A stretch of 64,000 bases of DNA from Candidatus Heimdallarchaeota archaeon (GCA_018238155.1 JABCTZ010000036.1:256001-320000), one strand, 5' to 3'. Numbered from the stretch's first letter, positions 1 through 10,326 are shown. The notes: generated by a model from the letters alone, not told the origin. Numbers and translations are program-made.

Positions 1-1
1 A

Positions 2-415
2 GTGTTTCATTCAGGAAAGAATATTGATAGCGATGGTCATTTCTGTGAGCCACAATTATTTACTGAGGTTCTAACGGAGTTCCCCAAACTGACAATTGTT
101 CTTGCTCATCTTGGTAGTGGTTTTTGGGATCAAACAAAAAAACTTGTTAATGAGTTTTCTAATGTCTTCTTTGATACCGCAATAGCTATCTCTGGAATTT
201 ATGACCGCGATGAAAAAACACGAGAAAATTACCTATCGAATGAAGAAGCCGCTGACTTGATTGAAACAATTGGTGCTGATAGAATTATGTTTGGTTCTGA
301 TTTCCCTTGGGTAAATCCTGCTTGGGATATTCAGCGTTTACAACAGTTACCAATAAATGAGAAAGATAAAATAAATATCCTCGGAAAGAATGCAGTAAGG
401 ATATATAATCTATAA
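2..415 (+). CDS. Amidohydrolase family protein (Amidohydro_2 type), 5'-truncated by the window edge
   Basis: Motifs FHSG, VLAHLG, VFFDTA and IMFGSDFPW are typical of the Amidohydro_2 TIM barrel. The ORF is open at the window start. Confidence 0.85.
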   Translation: MFHSGKNIDSDGHFCEPQLFTEVLTEFPKLTIVLAHLGSGFWDQTKKLVNEFSNVFFDTAIAISGIYDRDEKTRENYLSNEEAADLIETIGADRIMFGSDFPWVNPAWDIQRLQQLPINEKDKINILGKNAVRIYNL

Positions 416-461
416 TCAGTAGATTATCCTTTCTTCTCTCTTTATTTTCTTTCTTTTTTTT
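405..461 (+). terminator. Putative hairpin plus pyrimidine/U-tract terminator
   Basis: ATAATCTA (405-412) / TAGATTAT (420-427) inverted repeat over the stop codon, followed by a ~30-nt C/T tract. Confidence 0.5.
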
Positions 462-575
462 AAAACAACTTTATCTTAAAGATGAGAAAAAAAAATAAGC
501 AAATCAATATACAATAGTTTAATTAATTAAAAAAATCCTTGTAAATTTATAATTTATTTGAGGTTGAAATTTATT

Positions 576-3344
576 ATGCAAAAATTTTACAAAAAATTGA
601 TAGCATTAGGTATGCTCCTTTTCATAATACCGTTTTTCTATTTTCCGTTGAACAGCAAAGCTTTGAATCAAGATAATACATCCTTTATAATACAAAACAC
701 AGATAGTTTTGTTGAAGATTTCACCAGTACTACATATAGAGATGGTGGCTCTACAGATGCTTTTGGATGGGGAATGGATACATTGACAAATAATAAGAAT
801 TTGACAATGACAGCACTAGATTTTGAAGCCTCCTTAAACCCAATAAGATCAATTGATGTGCAAGGAAGAAAAGTATATGCAGTTCAATATAATCCTGCTT
901 CAACAATGGAGTCATTGAATGTTTACAGCATAAACAATCCATCAAATATTTATCGAACAGGTTTTAGATCTTCATTGCAAAGACAGATGTCGATAGCTGT
1001 TTCAGGTGATTATCTCTTCGTAGGACGAGGTCCTACTGGACCTTATATTTCAACATATAATTACCAAGACCCATTCAGTATTGGTAGTCATCTAGGCAAT
1101 TTTGTTATAGATGGTACTCCATTAGATATAGAGATAAATGGATATCTTGTTTATTTCACTGTTTTTAATTCCATAAGTGGTTATTCACTTAGGGTTCTAA
1201 ATGCAGAAAATCCATCACTTTTTAATAATGTTATGCCTGCTTCATGGTCAGCAACTAATTTGTCTAAAGGAATAGCTATTGATGGTGATACTGCATACGT
1301 TGCAGCTCACACAGATGGTTTTTACATCGTTGATGTTTCAGATCAAAACAATTTTGTACAATTAGGTTGGACTGATACTCCTGGGGAAGCTACTGATGTT
1401 GTTATTGATGGAACTATTGCTTATGTTGCAGATGGCAATGCAGGTGTACAAATCATAGATATCAGTAATCCAGCTTCACCAGAAATCATTGCTACACATG
1501 ACACTTCTGGATATACACAAGAATTGGTTTTACAAGGGAACACTTTATTCATTGCTGATGGAGGTGGAGGAATTGTAATAGTTGATGTAGCAAATCCAGC
1601 ACATCCAGTATTCATTCCACAAATGCATTACCTCCCATATACATATGATGTTGATTTGTACGGAGGAGTGCTAGTGGTTGCAACTCAACTTGGCTTATAC
1701 ACATTCAGCTGTGGTCCAGGAATAACAAGAATCCAAAATGAAGTTTTTGCTAATCCATTCGATCAATTCAATGTTTTGGATGTAAGAGTAAAAGATGATA
1801 TTGCAATTTGTGTAGGCGGTGCAGATGGAATTTATACACTTAATGTCCGTGATCCAAATAACCCTATACTGCTCGATAGTCATATAGCAGCTTCTCCGGC
1901 ATTTTATCGAAAATTAGATGTTCAAGGAAACTTTGCTTATGTTACTGACTACGGAAGTGGTGGGGGTATTCGTGCTTATGATATAACTGATCCAAACAAT
2001 ATTGTACAAGCGGATTCTATTGGTCTTAATTATGCGTTAGATGTTGTTTTGTATGGAGATGTTGCTATTGTAGCTGATGGACCAGCTGGTATCTATATTA
2101 TGAACATAACAGATCCATATAATATGGTGTACTGGTGTTCTTTTACTGATATATTTAATAATGTAACAGCTGTTGATGTTCAATGTGGAAATCTATATGT
2201 AGTAGATGAAAATGGTGGTTTAATAACAAATAGTTTCTACGTTTTTGATATTACAGACATTGATGTCGAAGTATCAGTTGGAGCATATAGTGTAAACGCT
2301 GAATTTTTTGATATTTTTGTAGATGGAGATGTTGCATATACTTCTGATTTAGAAAGGATGTTACCTTTTAATATAACTGATCCAACTAATCCTTATTGGA
2401 CAACATGGACAAACAATGATTCATACGGAGTTTGGGGATTTGGTCCTTTTGCACTTAATGCTGCTGGTCAACATGGTGTTGATCTCGTGGATTGCACTGT
2501 TATGACTGCTAGTGATCCAACAATTTGTAGTTACCCCAATGCAACTGCTGCACTTCAGATAACAACATACGGTGATTACACTTACATAGCAAATACAACA
2601 AATCTTATTATTCTTCGTCACTTCGAAAGTCTTGCTGATACCTATGTTGCTGGGTCATCATTTGCACAATCATTAGAAGTAGATTCTACTGATTATTTGA
2701 TCTATAATGCTACTCTTACTCCAGATGATTATATACCATCATTAACAGCAATAAACTACTTTATGTCTGCAGATGGTGGAGTACACTGGGAAGCAGTAAC
2801 TCCAGGATTATTACATACTTTCCAAAATCCAGGAAACGATCTTCGATTCCACGTTGAGTTCTTTGGACCAAAATATGTAAGCCCTCAACTCTATGAAGTC
2901 AATTTGGTATACTTCTACAATGTAGAACCAGGTGCTCCAACACTTACTGATTTTGGAGATGTAGTTACTGTTACAGAATTGCATATCACATGGAATGCAA
3001 GTCTTGATGATTTTGGTATAGATCATTACCAATTACAAATGGCTAGTGATATCGGATTTAGTTCTATAGCTGATGAATATAATACTCCTACCTTATCACA
3101 AGATATAACCGGAATGGCGAATGGAAAATATTATTTCCGTGTTAGATCTGTGGATGTTTTTGGTCTCAATAGCGATTGGAGTAATACTGTTGAAGTCCAA
3201 ATTGAAATTCTAGTAACTAGTTCTCCTGGTATTATTTTTCCATGGTGGGCTTATGTCATCATAGGTTGTGGATTAGTGGCAATAATTCTCATAATAGTCA
3301 TTTCCGTTGTCATTTCTCGGAAAAAGAAGACTCTTACAAGATAA
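576..3344 (+). CDS. Membrane-anchored cell-surface LVIVD-repeat (beta-propeller) protein with fibronectin type III domain
   Basis: Signal peptide; repeats GFYIVDVSD, GVQIIDISNP, GIVIVDVANP; FN3-like segment (ITWNAS...YQLQ...YYFRVRSVD...SDWS); C-terminal TM helix and basic tail. ATG 576 preferred over TTG 558. Confidence 0.8.
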   Translation: MQKFYKKLIALGMLLFIIPFFYFPLNSKALNQDNTSFIIQNTDSFVEDFTSTTYRDGGSTDAFGWGMDTLTNNKNLTMTALDFEASLNPIRSIDVQGRKVYAVQYNPASTMESLNVYSINNPSNIYRTGFRSSLQRQMSIAVSGDYLFVGRGPTGPYISTYNYQDPFSIGSHLGNFVIDGTPLDIEINGYLVYFTVFNSISGYSLRVLNAENPSLFNNVMPASWSATNLSKGIAIDGDTAYVAAHTDGFYIVDVSDQNNFVQLGWTDTPGEATDVVIDGTIAYVADGNAGVQIIDISNPASPEIIATHDTSGYTQELVLQGNTLFIADGGGGIVIVDVANPAHPVFIPQMHYLPYTYDVDLYGGVLVVATQLGLYTFSCGPGITRIQNEVFANPFDQFNVLDVRVKDDIAICVGGADGIYTLNVRDPNNPILLDSHIAASPAFYRKLDVQGNFAYVTDYGSGGGIRAYDITDPNNIVQADSIGLNYALDVVLYGDVAIVADGPAGIYIMNITDPYNMVYWCSFTDIFNNVTAVDVQCGNLYVVDENGGLITNSFYVFDITDIDVEVSVGAYSVNAEFFDIFVDGDVAYTSDLERMLPFNITDPTNPYWTTWTNNDSYGVWGFGPFALNAAGQHGVDLVDCTVMTASDPTICSYPNATAALQITTYGDYTYIANTTNLIILRHFESLADTYVAGSSFAQSLEVDSTDYLIYNATLTPDDYIPSLTAINYFMSADGGVHWEAVTPGLLHTFQNPGNDLRFHVEFFGPKYVSPQLYEVNLVYFYNVEPGAPTLTDFGDVVTVTELHITWNASLDDFGIDHYQLQMASDIGFSSIADEYNTPTLSQDITGMANGKYYFRVRSVDVFGLNSDWSNTVEVQIEILVTSSPGIIFPWWAYVIIGCGLVAIILIIVISVVISRKKKTLTR

Positions 3345-3346
3345 AA

Positions 3347-3388
3347 AGTGATGTTTAATATAGCATCACTCTTTTCTTCCTTTTTTTT
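3347..3388 (+). terminator. Putative hairpin plus U-tract terminator
   Basis: AGTGATG...CATCACT stem (3347-3370) just after the stop, then CTTTTCTTCCTTTTTTTT. Confidence 0.55.
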
Positions 3389-3515
3389 GTCAAGAACCCA
3401 TAAACCGTTCAAATTAACACTAAGAATATATTTATTCTAAGTTGTTAAATTTACTAGATATCAAGTAGATATTGTGTTTGATCTCAAGTTATATGCTTAC
3501 TTACGGTGATATGAG

Positions 3516-4799
3516 ATGGGTCATAAGAAAGGACAGGAGATGAACAGTTATTTCAAACTTCAACAAAGATTAGATAGAGCTCCTCAAGGTGCTCCTCTTT
3601 CTAAGTCATTATTTGATATTCTCCAAATATTGTTTACAGATGAAGAAGCAGAACTTGTTTCAGTACTTCCAATTAATTTTGTCACTAAAGAAAAAGCAGC
3701 AAAAATTTGGAATAAAACACCTAATGAAGCTGAAAAAATACTTGATACATTGGCAAGTAAAGGGTTGATGCTCGATGGTTGCCAAAAAGAAATGCGAACG
3801 TATATTTTAGCACCACCAATGGCTGGTTTCTTTGAATTTTCTCTTATGCGCACGGATGGAAAATTCGACCGTAAAATACTCTCTGAATTATATCACCAAT
3901 ATATAAATGAAGAAGATGATTTTCTTTTTGCTATTTTTGATACTCAAACACCGATAGATAGAGTTTTTGTGCAAGAAGAAACAATAAAAGAAGAAGATCA
4001 TTCTATTGTTTTAGATTATGAACGTGCAACTCAAGTAATAGAAACAGCGAGTTGTATTACCGTTGGTACTTGTTATTGCAGACACAAGATGGAACATCTG
4101 GGAAAAGCTTGTGAGCAACCACAGGAAGTTTGTCTTACATTCAATGGTGCAGCGAAGAGTTTGTCAAAACATGGTATAGCAAAAGAAATTAGTAAAGAAG
4201 AAGCACGAAAAATACTTGATCAATGTGTAGATGCCGGTTTAGTGCAAATAGGTGACAATGTTCGTGAAAGTGTTGCATGGATTTGCAATTGCTGTGGTTG
4301 CTGTTGTGAAGCGATAGTAGCATATAAGAAACTAGGATTCAGTCCTGAAATCTATAGCAATTTCACTCCAGAAATAATCTCAGAAGATTGTACTGGATGT
4401 GGAATTTGTGTTAAAAAATGTCCTGTGGACGCTATAACTCTAATAACAACTGTTGCTAATCGAAAAATTGCTCAAATAAATTACGACCGATGTTTTGGTT
4501 GTGGTGTATGTGCTCGAAGTTGTAATAAAAATGCAATACAAATGAATCGCAGAGAGGACTTAATGTATACACCCAAAGATGCTTTTAATCGAGGTGTACA
4601 CATGGCAATTGACCAAGGAAAATTACAAAACCTTCTCTTTGATAACCAACATCTATGGACTCATAAGATGCTTCAGAAGTTTGTAGGCATATTGCTAACC
4701 CTCGATCCAATCAAAGCTGCCTTAGCAGATAGGCAATTACAATCAAAGTTCATTACTTTTGCAAGAAGGATGCAGAGGTTTCGGAAAACAAAGCTGTAA
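3516..4799 (+). CDS. 4Fe-4S dicluster domain-containing Fe-S protein
   Basis: CYCRH, CNCCGCCC and two ferredoxin motifs (CTGCGICVKKCP, CFGCGVCARSC); HTH-like N-terminus. Confidence 0.85.
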   Translation: MGHKKGQEMNSYFKLQQRLDRAPQGAPLSKSLFDILQILFTDEEAELVSVLPINFVTKEKAAKIWNKTPNEAEKILDTLASKGLMLDGCQKEMRTYILAPPMAGFFEFSLMRTDGKFDRKILSELYHQYINEEDDFLFAIFDTQTPIDRVFVQEETIKEEDHSIVLDYERATQVIETASCITVGTCYCRHKMEHLGKACEQPQEVCLTFNGAAKSLSKHGIAKEISKEEARKILDQCVDAGLVQIGDNVRESVAWICNCCGCCCEAIVAYKKLGFSPEIYSNFTPEIISEDCTGCGICVKKCPVDAITLITTVANRKIAQINYDRCFGCGVCARSCNKNAIQMNRREDLMYTPKDAFNRGVHMAIDQGKLQNLLFDNQHLWTHKMLQKFVGILLTLDPIKAALADRQLQSKFITFARRMQRFRKTKL

Positions 4800-5019
4800 A
4801 CATTGATTTTGAATATTCTTCTTATAAAAATAAAATGAAAGCTCTCTTTTTGAAAAATAAATTCTCTCAAAAGATATATAACCTATCAAACCATTTTCAC
4901 TACAAAAAAATCAGTAGTACATAAAATGAAGCAATAAAATAAAATAGGCAAAATCTTTTTATGTATACTAATTTAAATCAAAGAATTGATTTAGTCAAAA
5001 TCAAATAAGGCGATGCAAA

Positions 5020-5352
5020 TTGATTGACACTCAACCATTCACATTATGGATAGCATTAGGTCTAGTCCTTATCGCAGTCATTCTATTGTACCTACTGGGA
5101 AGACGAATCGCCCCTCGAAATCCCACACCAGCCAAGCAGAAAAGCTACGCATGCGGAGAAGACATGGAGGGCGGACAAGCACAATTTTACCCAAACGCAT
5201 TCATATTCGCAATCTACTTTACTATTTTTGACATCTTGGCATTCGTCCTTGCAACAGCAATGGTGACCCTGAATCAGGGTGTGGAATTTACAGCCATTCC
5301 AGCATTATTTGCCGGAATAGGTCTACTGGGAGTACTAACTCTCAGAAGGTGA
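5020..5352 (+). CDS. nuoA: Membrane-bound hydrogenase subunit, NuoA-like
   Basis: 3 TM helices, K-x-x-x-Y-A-C-G-E loop, FAIYFTIFD motif; first gene of the operon. Confidence 0.8.
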   Translation: MIDTQPFTLWIALGLVLIAVILLYLLGRRIAPRNPTPAKQKSYACGEDMEGGQAQFYPNAFIFAIYFTIFDILAFVLATAMVTLNQGVEFTAIPALFAGIGLLGVLTLRR

Positions 5353-5361
5353 TTTTAAGCT

Positions 5362-5868
5362 ATGGTACTACAAAAAATAATTACCTGGGCAAGAGTAAAG
5401 TCGCCATGGATTATCCATGTTAACACCGGAGGATGCAATGGATGCGATATCGAAGTTGTCGACGTTCTTACGCCAAGATATGACGTCGAACGATTAGGAA
5501 TCCTTATCCAAGGATCCCCGAGACATGCGGATGTACTTATGGTGACCGGACCTGCAACACAGCAGATGAAAGATCGCTTAAAGCTTTTACATGAACAGAC
5601 ACCAGACCCAAAATTTGTTGTCGCTATTGGCGCTTGCGCCTGTAGTGGAGGTATTTTTAGACACTCATATATTCCTTGCTTAGGAATAGATACCGTTATA
5701 CCGGTTGATGTCTATATCCCTGGTTGTCCACCAAAGCCCGAAGCGATTATCTATGGCGTCGCTCAATTGTTAGCAAAACTTCAAGGTAAAGACTCCCCAG
5801 TCATTACTCCAAAGAAGATTGCCCTCAAAGATCTTAAACAATCGATCGAGGAGGATCTAGCAAAATGA
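5362..5868 (+). CDS. Group 4 [NiFe]-hydrogenase small subunit (NuoB/HycG-like)
   Basis: GGCNGCDIE (hydrogenase-type CxxC, not the CC of complex I NuoB), SPRHADVL, GACACSGG, IPGCPP. Confidence 0.9.
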   Translation: MVLQKIITWARVKSPWIIHVNTGGCNGCDIEVVDVLTPRYDVERLGILIQGSPRHADVLMVTGPATQQMKDRLKLLHEQTPDPKFVVAIGACACSGGIFRHSYIPCLGIDTVIPVDVYIPGCPPKPEAIIYGVAQLLAKLQGKDSPVITPKKIALKDLKQSIEEDLAK

Positions 5869-6383
5869 GCAAGACACTACAAGATGAGCAGAAAATAGTT
5901 GACACTTTAAAAAGTCAATTTGGTAAGAAATTACTCGAGGCGAAGGTTCAGCGCGAACGAAGAATATTCGTTAAAGTTGCTAACCCCGACCATTTGGAGA
6001 TTTTCTCGTTTGCAATGAAAAAATGGAAAGCATGGTATTTGACAGCAGTATCTTCAATCGATAAACCTGATGGTACATTAGCTGCAGTATATCACTTTGA
6101 TATCCGTCCACCCTTCGGTGGTCAAGTAGCAATTTCTATGAATTTAATGATCGATTGCGAAAGCAGAGAAGAACCAAAACTTGCTTCATTATACAATCTT
6201 ATCAATGGCGCAGAATATTTCGAGCGCGAAGCACACGATTTGATGGGAATATTTTTCGAAGGAAATCCCAACTTAACCCGACTCATCTTACCTGATAGTT
6301 TCCCTGAAGGAGTTTATCCCCTGCGGAAAGATTTCCTTTTAGAGATACAGAAGGAAGAACAGGCAAAGAAGGAGAAAAAATGA
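5865..6383 (+). CDS. nuoC: NuoC-like hydrogenase subunit
   Basis: FEREAHDLMGIFFEGNPNLTRLILP...YPLRKDF signature; ATGA overlap with the previous gene. Confidence 0.9.
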   Translation: MSKTLQDEQKIVDTLKSQFGKKLLEAKVQRERRIFVKVANPDHLEIFSFAMKKWKAWYLTAVSSIDKPDGTLAAVYHFDIRPPFGGQVAISMNLMIDCESREEPKLASLYNLINGAEYFEREAHDLMGIFFEGNPNLTRLILPDSFPEGVYPLRKDFLLEIQKEEQAKKEKK

Positions 6384-6396
6384 GGTGATATGAACT

Positions 6397-7668
6397 ATGG
6401 CTGATAAAAAGAAAATAAAATTAGGATCACCCCAAACTGGCTGCAGCTCATGCATGCCTAATACTTTCGAAATACCTCTTGGACCTCAACATCCAGCTCT
6501 AAAAGAGCCAACCCACTTTCTATTAGAAGTGGAAGGTGAAATAATTGTTAATGCAACTCCAAGAATTGGCTACGTTCATCGAGGAATTGAAAAACTCGCT
6601 GAAACAAAAACATATTCTGCAAACCTAACACTCGTAGAACGTGTGTGTGGTATTTGTTCACATATTCATTCAATTTCCTTAGCAAATGCTGCAGAAGCGG
6701 CTCTCGCTTTAGAAGGATTTGAAGTGCCAATGCGCGCACAGTATATTAGAACAATCGTAGCAGAATTGGAACGTATTCATAGTCACATTCTTTGGTTAGG
6801 TGTAGCAGCTCATGAGATAGGGTTCGATACCTTATTTATGCTCTCTTGGAGAGATCGTGAACTAACAATGGACCTTTTAGAAGATATCTCTGGAAATAGA
6901 GTAAATTATGCTATGAACGAAATCGGCGGTTCAAGAAGAGATATGAGTCAAAGTCAAATTGATCGTATGTTCAAATATATGGACATTACAATTAAAAGGA
7001 TGGAACGATACAAAGATATCTGTCTAGCCGAAAATACCATTCGAATGAGAACAGAGAATGTAGGTATACTACTACCCTCAAAAGCTAGAGAATTATGCGC
7101 TTGTGGTCCAACTGCACGTGCATCCGGTATAGCTATCGATATTCGATATGATGATCCTTACTCTGCTTATGGAGAGTTTCGTGACATATTTAATGTCATA
7201 ACTTATGATACAAATGATGTATTCTCTCGAGTAGTTGTTCGTATCATTGAGACAATAGAAGCTTGTATATACATCAAATGGATGTTAAAGAATCTTCCAG
7301 ACGGACCAATATTCAAAAAAGCTCCAAGGAAAGTTCCAGAAGCGCAAATCTTGTCTCGAACCGAAGCACCAAGAGGTGAATTGATTCATTATCTTTGGTC
7401 AAACAATACCAACAAACCCTACAGGCTGAAAATAACAACACCAACACTTTCTAACATCAATTGTGTCCCTGAAATGATGAAAGGTGACTACTTAGCAGAT
7501 TCAACAATTACACTAGCATCTATTGACCCCTGTTTCAGCTGTGAAGACAGAATGATAACTGTGATAAACAAAGACCGAAGAAAAGCCAAGATAGAAACTT
7601 GGACTGAAAGCCAACTCAGAAAATACAGTAATGATTGGCACGCAACAAATAAAAGGTGGAAAAAGTGA
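6397..7668 (+). CDS. Group 4 [NiFe]-hydrogenase large (catalytic) subunit (NuoD/HycE-like)
   Basis: L1 motif ERVCGICSHIH and L2 motif DPCFSCEDR supply all four Ni-Fe Cys ligands; also GPQHP, GYVHRGIEK, EAPRGE and a C-terminal extension after L2. Confidence 0.93.
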   Translation: MADKKKIKLGSPQTGCSSCMPNTFEIPLGPQHPALKEPTHFLLEVEGEIIVNATPRIGYVHRGIEKLAETKTYSANLTLVERVCGICSHIHSISLANAAEAALALEGFEVPMRAQYIRTIVAELERIHSHILWLGVAAHEIGFDTLFMLSWRDRELTMDLLEDISGNRVNYAMNEIGGSRRDMSQSQIDRMFKYMDITIKRMERYKDICLAENTIRMRTENVGILLPSKARELCACGPTARASGIAIDIRYDDPYSAYGEFRDIFNVITYDTNDVFSRVVVRIIETIEACIYIKWMLKNLPDGPIFKKAPRKVPEAQILSRTEAPRGELIHYLWSNNTNKPYRLKITTPTLSNINCVPEMMKGDYLADSTITLASIDPCFSCEDRMITVINKDRRKAKIETWTESQLRKYSNDWHATNKRWKK

Positions 7669-8756
7669 CCGTTGTTTGGTGGATACTTACAATACTAGGA
7701 ATATTATTCTTCCCAGGTATTGGCTTCTGTATATCTATTGCATTACTTGATGAATGGATTGACCGGAAGTTTTACGCAGCCTTGCAAGACAGAATAGGTC
7801 CAGAACACGCAGGATTCAAAGGTATTTTACAGCCTTTGGCAGACTTCCTCAAGCTTATGGCTAAGGAAGATGTAGAACCAGCAGCAGCTGATAAATGGGG
7901 TATGCGATTCACAGCTATCATTGGCTTAGCAATACCACTAGTGGCATTATTGTTCATACCAATAATTGACACGACAGGGTTACTCTCATTTGAAGGTGAT
8001 ATTCTTCTCTTGTCATTCTTGACAACATTGATAGCTTTAATCATCTATTTAGCAGGATGGTTCTCCGCGAACAAATTGGCAATGCCAGGAACGATGCGAG
8101 CGGCATCACAACTCTTGAGCTATGAAATACCAATTCTATTAGCAATGTTCGCAGTAGCGTTACGGACACAATCTCTCTCACTTGCAGGGATAGTTCAGTG
8201 GCAACTTGATGCCCACAGACCAACATTATTTAGCTTACCAATGGTAGTCTTCTTCTTAGTTTTCTTGCTTTCATCGCAAGCAGAATTAGAACGAAGTCCA
8301 TTTGATATCCCTACAGCCGAAACTGAAATTGTTGGAGGATGGGAAGTTGAATATTCTGGGAAAAAGCTAGGCTTTTTCCGATTATCTGCAGATTTACAAA
8401 TGGTTTTCTCCGCAGGTTTAGCAGTGACCCTCTTTTTAGGAGGTCCAACTGGTATTGAAATGTGGATTCCTTCCTTTGCTGATTATTTAGCAGGTATCGA
8501 AGGCGTTTCAGCTATGGCAGTTGTTGCAATTCTCTACTATACAACAATGTTTGCTATAAAAACAACAATTATTGTTCTTATACTTTCAGCGTTTAGAGCT
8601 TTAATGGCGAGATTGCGTATTGAGCAATTCTTAGAATTTTCATGGAAATGGGTAATTCCAGTAACACTAGGTGTTTTTGCAATTACATTCTTCTATATTC
8701 CTTGGACAGACAAAGTTGTCTGGTCTCATTGGGAAGGACTCTTTGAGGTAACCTAA
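7665..8756 (+). CDS. nuoH: NuoH-like membrane subunit
   Basis: QDRIGP, GILQPLADFLKLMAKE, SYEIP, RSPFDIPTAETE, RLRIEQ. The GTG start at 7665 overlaps the upstream TGA and follows an AGGTGG SD. Confidence 0.92.
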   Translation: MTVVWWILTILGILFFPGIGFCISIALLDEWIDRKFYAALQDRIGPEHAGFKGILQPLADFLKLMAKEDVEPAAADKWGMRFTAIIGLAIPLVALLFIPIIDTTGLLSFEGDILLLSFLTTLIALIIYLAGWFSANKLAMPGTMRAASQLLSYEIPILLAMFAVALRTQSLSLAGIVQWQLDAHRPTLFSLPMVVFFLVFLLSSQAELERSPFDIPTAETEIVGGWEVEYSGKKLGFFRLSADLQMVFSAGLAVTLFLGGPTGIEMWIPSFADYLAGIEGVSAMAVVAILYYTTMFAIKTTIIVLILSAFRALMARLRIEQFLEFSWKWVIPVTLGVFAITFFYIPWTDKVVWSHWEGLFEVT

Positions 8757-8775
8757 AAAAAGGAGATGAAGAATT

Positions 8776-9195
8776 ATGCCACGACCCGGAGTAATAGTTT
8801 GGGAAGCACTGAGAAATGTTTTCAGTAAAAAGGCAACCATAGATTATCCATTCGAAGAAGGCGTTAAACCTTTAGTTGGTTTGCGTGGTGCACATATCCT
8901 CTACATTGATTTATGTACTGGTTGCAGAGCTTGTCAAAGAGCTTGTCCACCATTAGCTATTGAAATGGTTCCATCCGATTTAACCAAAACCGGAAAACGA
9001 CCTGTCATCAACTTAGGTCAATGTATCTTTTGTGGTTTATGTGAAGACGCATGTCGTTATGATGCACTCTTCTTAACTGACTACATCGAGCTTTCAGCCT
9101 TCCAACAAAAGGAGATGATTATCTATGAGAATGAACCCCCCAAAGGAACAAAAACTTCTGAAGGGGAAGAAAAACCGAAGGAGGAAGACTCCTAG
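8776..9195 (+). CDS. nuoI: NuoI-like 2x[4Fe-4S] subunit
   Basis: ATIDYPFE...LRG, CTGCRACQRACP, CIFCGLCEDAC. Confidence 0.9.
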   Translation: MPRPGVIVWEALRNVFSKKATIDYPFEEGVKPLVGLRGAHILYIDLCTGCRACQRACPPLAIEMVPSDLTKTGKRPVINLGQCIFCGLCEDACRYDALFLTDYIELSAFQQKEMIIYENEPPKGTKTSEGEEKPKEEDS

Positions 9196-9234
9196 TAAAA
9201 TTACTAGGACGAATTCATAGGAAGCGTGTAAGAT

Positions 9235-9534
9235 ATGGCACTCAACACAGTTTTGTTGATAATACTATTAGTTATAGTGATCATTGCCGCTATTTTCGCG
9301 ATAGAGTTGCGTGATTTAATTTATGCTGCTATTGCTTTAGCTGTACTAAGCATCGCTCTTGCTGGAGTATTCTGGATTCTAAACGCCCCCTGGGTAGCTC
9401 TCTTTCAATTGATGGTTTACGGCGGCGCTGTTACAGTATTACTTATTTCTACTGTAGCACTCACCGAACGCTTTGAAACTGGTGAACCCGCTGAGGATCT
9501 AGATAAACTGCTCCCAGAAAGCAGCAACACCTAG
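9235..9534 (+). CDS. nuoJ: NuoJ-like subunit, N-terminal half
   Basis: 3 TM helices and LNAPWVALFQLMVYGGAVTVL motif. Confidence 0.85.
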   Translation: MALNTVLLIILLVIVIIAAIFAIELRDLIYAAIALAVLSIALAGVFWILNAPWVALFQLMVYGGAVTVLLISTVALTERFETGEPAEDLDKLLPESSNT

Positions 9535-9547
9535 GAGGAAACTACTG

Positions 9548-9970
9548 ATGAACAGAAAAACAAGATCAATCATTCTATTCGCCTTTAGCATTATCCTCGC
9601 CTTAGGTGTATATGCGTTCATTATGTACGGTTTAGCCGACTTTAATGATCCAAATAATGGTACTAATGGTTTACGAGTAGATGAGTCTAATGATATTGCT
9701 AATCGAGCAATCGGTTATGGTTTAGTTGATCTAAACTCTAGCGATTTTTCCTCAATTGGTCTAGCTGTTGGACACTTTATTTGGGAAACCAGAGCAATTG
9801 ACGTTATTCTTATTGGAATAATGTTGTTCGTTGCATCCGAATCCGCTGGTGCAGTGGTTCAAGGTATGGAAACACAACGCAGCGAATTCCGCACTGAAAT
9901 GTGTGAAACAGACAAATTCATCATCTTGGAAGAAATGAAAGATGGTGAGAAACAAGAGGAGACAGACTAA
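9548..9970 (+). CDS. Small membrane subunit (NuoJ C-terminal half / MnhB-like)
   Basis: 2 TM helices with IWETRAIDV, resembling the R-x-x-D motif of MrpB/NuoJ-C; lies between the nuoJ-N and nuoK homologues. Confidence 0.6.
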   Translation: MNRKTRSIILFAFSIILALGVYAFIMYGLADFNDPNNGTNGLRVDESNDIANRAIGYGLVDLNSSDFSSIGLAVGHFIWETRAIDVILIGIMLFVASESAGAVVQGMETQRSEFRTEMCETDKFIILEEMKDGEKQEETD

Positions 9971-9972
9971 GC

Positions 9973-10311
9973 ATGGCTTTATCGATACCTTTTGACAATA
10001 TCTACTTAATCTTAGGTTTTTCAGTAGCCTTATTGGTTATTGGACTCTACGGATTAACCTCAAAACAGAATTTGATCAAGTTCTTGATCGCTATTGAGTT
10101 ATTGCTCGATGCTGCTCATTTGAACTTTATTGCATTTTCAAACATCATCGGAGGAAGTGCAGGATTAGTTGATCCATTACCACATGTTGTTGTTATACTC
10201 AGCATCTGTGTGGGTGGATGTGTCGCTGGCGTTGCCCTAAGCTTGATAATTCAAGCCTATCGTGTGCATGCCACTTTGAATAGTCGAAGACTAAATCACT
10301 TAAAACATTAG
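9973..10311 (+). CDS. nuoK: NuoK-like subunit
   Basis: IGLYGL..KQNLIKFLIAIELLLDAAHLNF; 3 TM helices. Confidence 0.88.
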   Translation: MALSIPFDNIYLILGFSVALLVIGLYGLTSKQNLIKFLIAIELLLDAAHLNFIAFSNIIGGSAGLVDPLPHVVVILSICVGGCVAGVALSLIIQAYRVHATLNSRRLNHLKH

Positions 10312-10326
10312 GAGATGAAAGAACAG

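Noticed and set aside
6397-7668. Selenocysteine ([NiFeSe]) recoding
   Set aside because: All ligand positions are Cys codons and there is no in-frame TGA.
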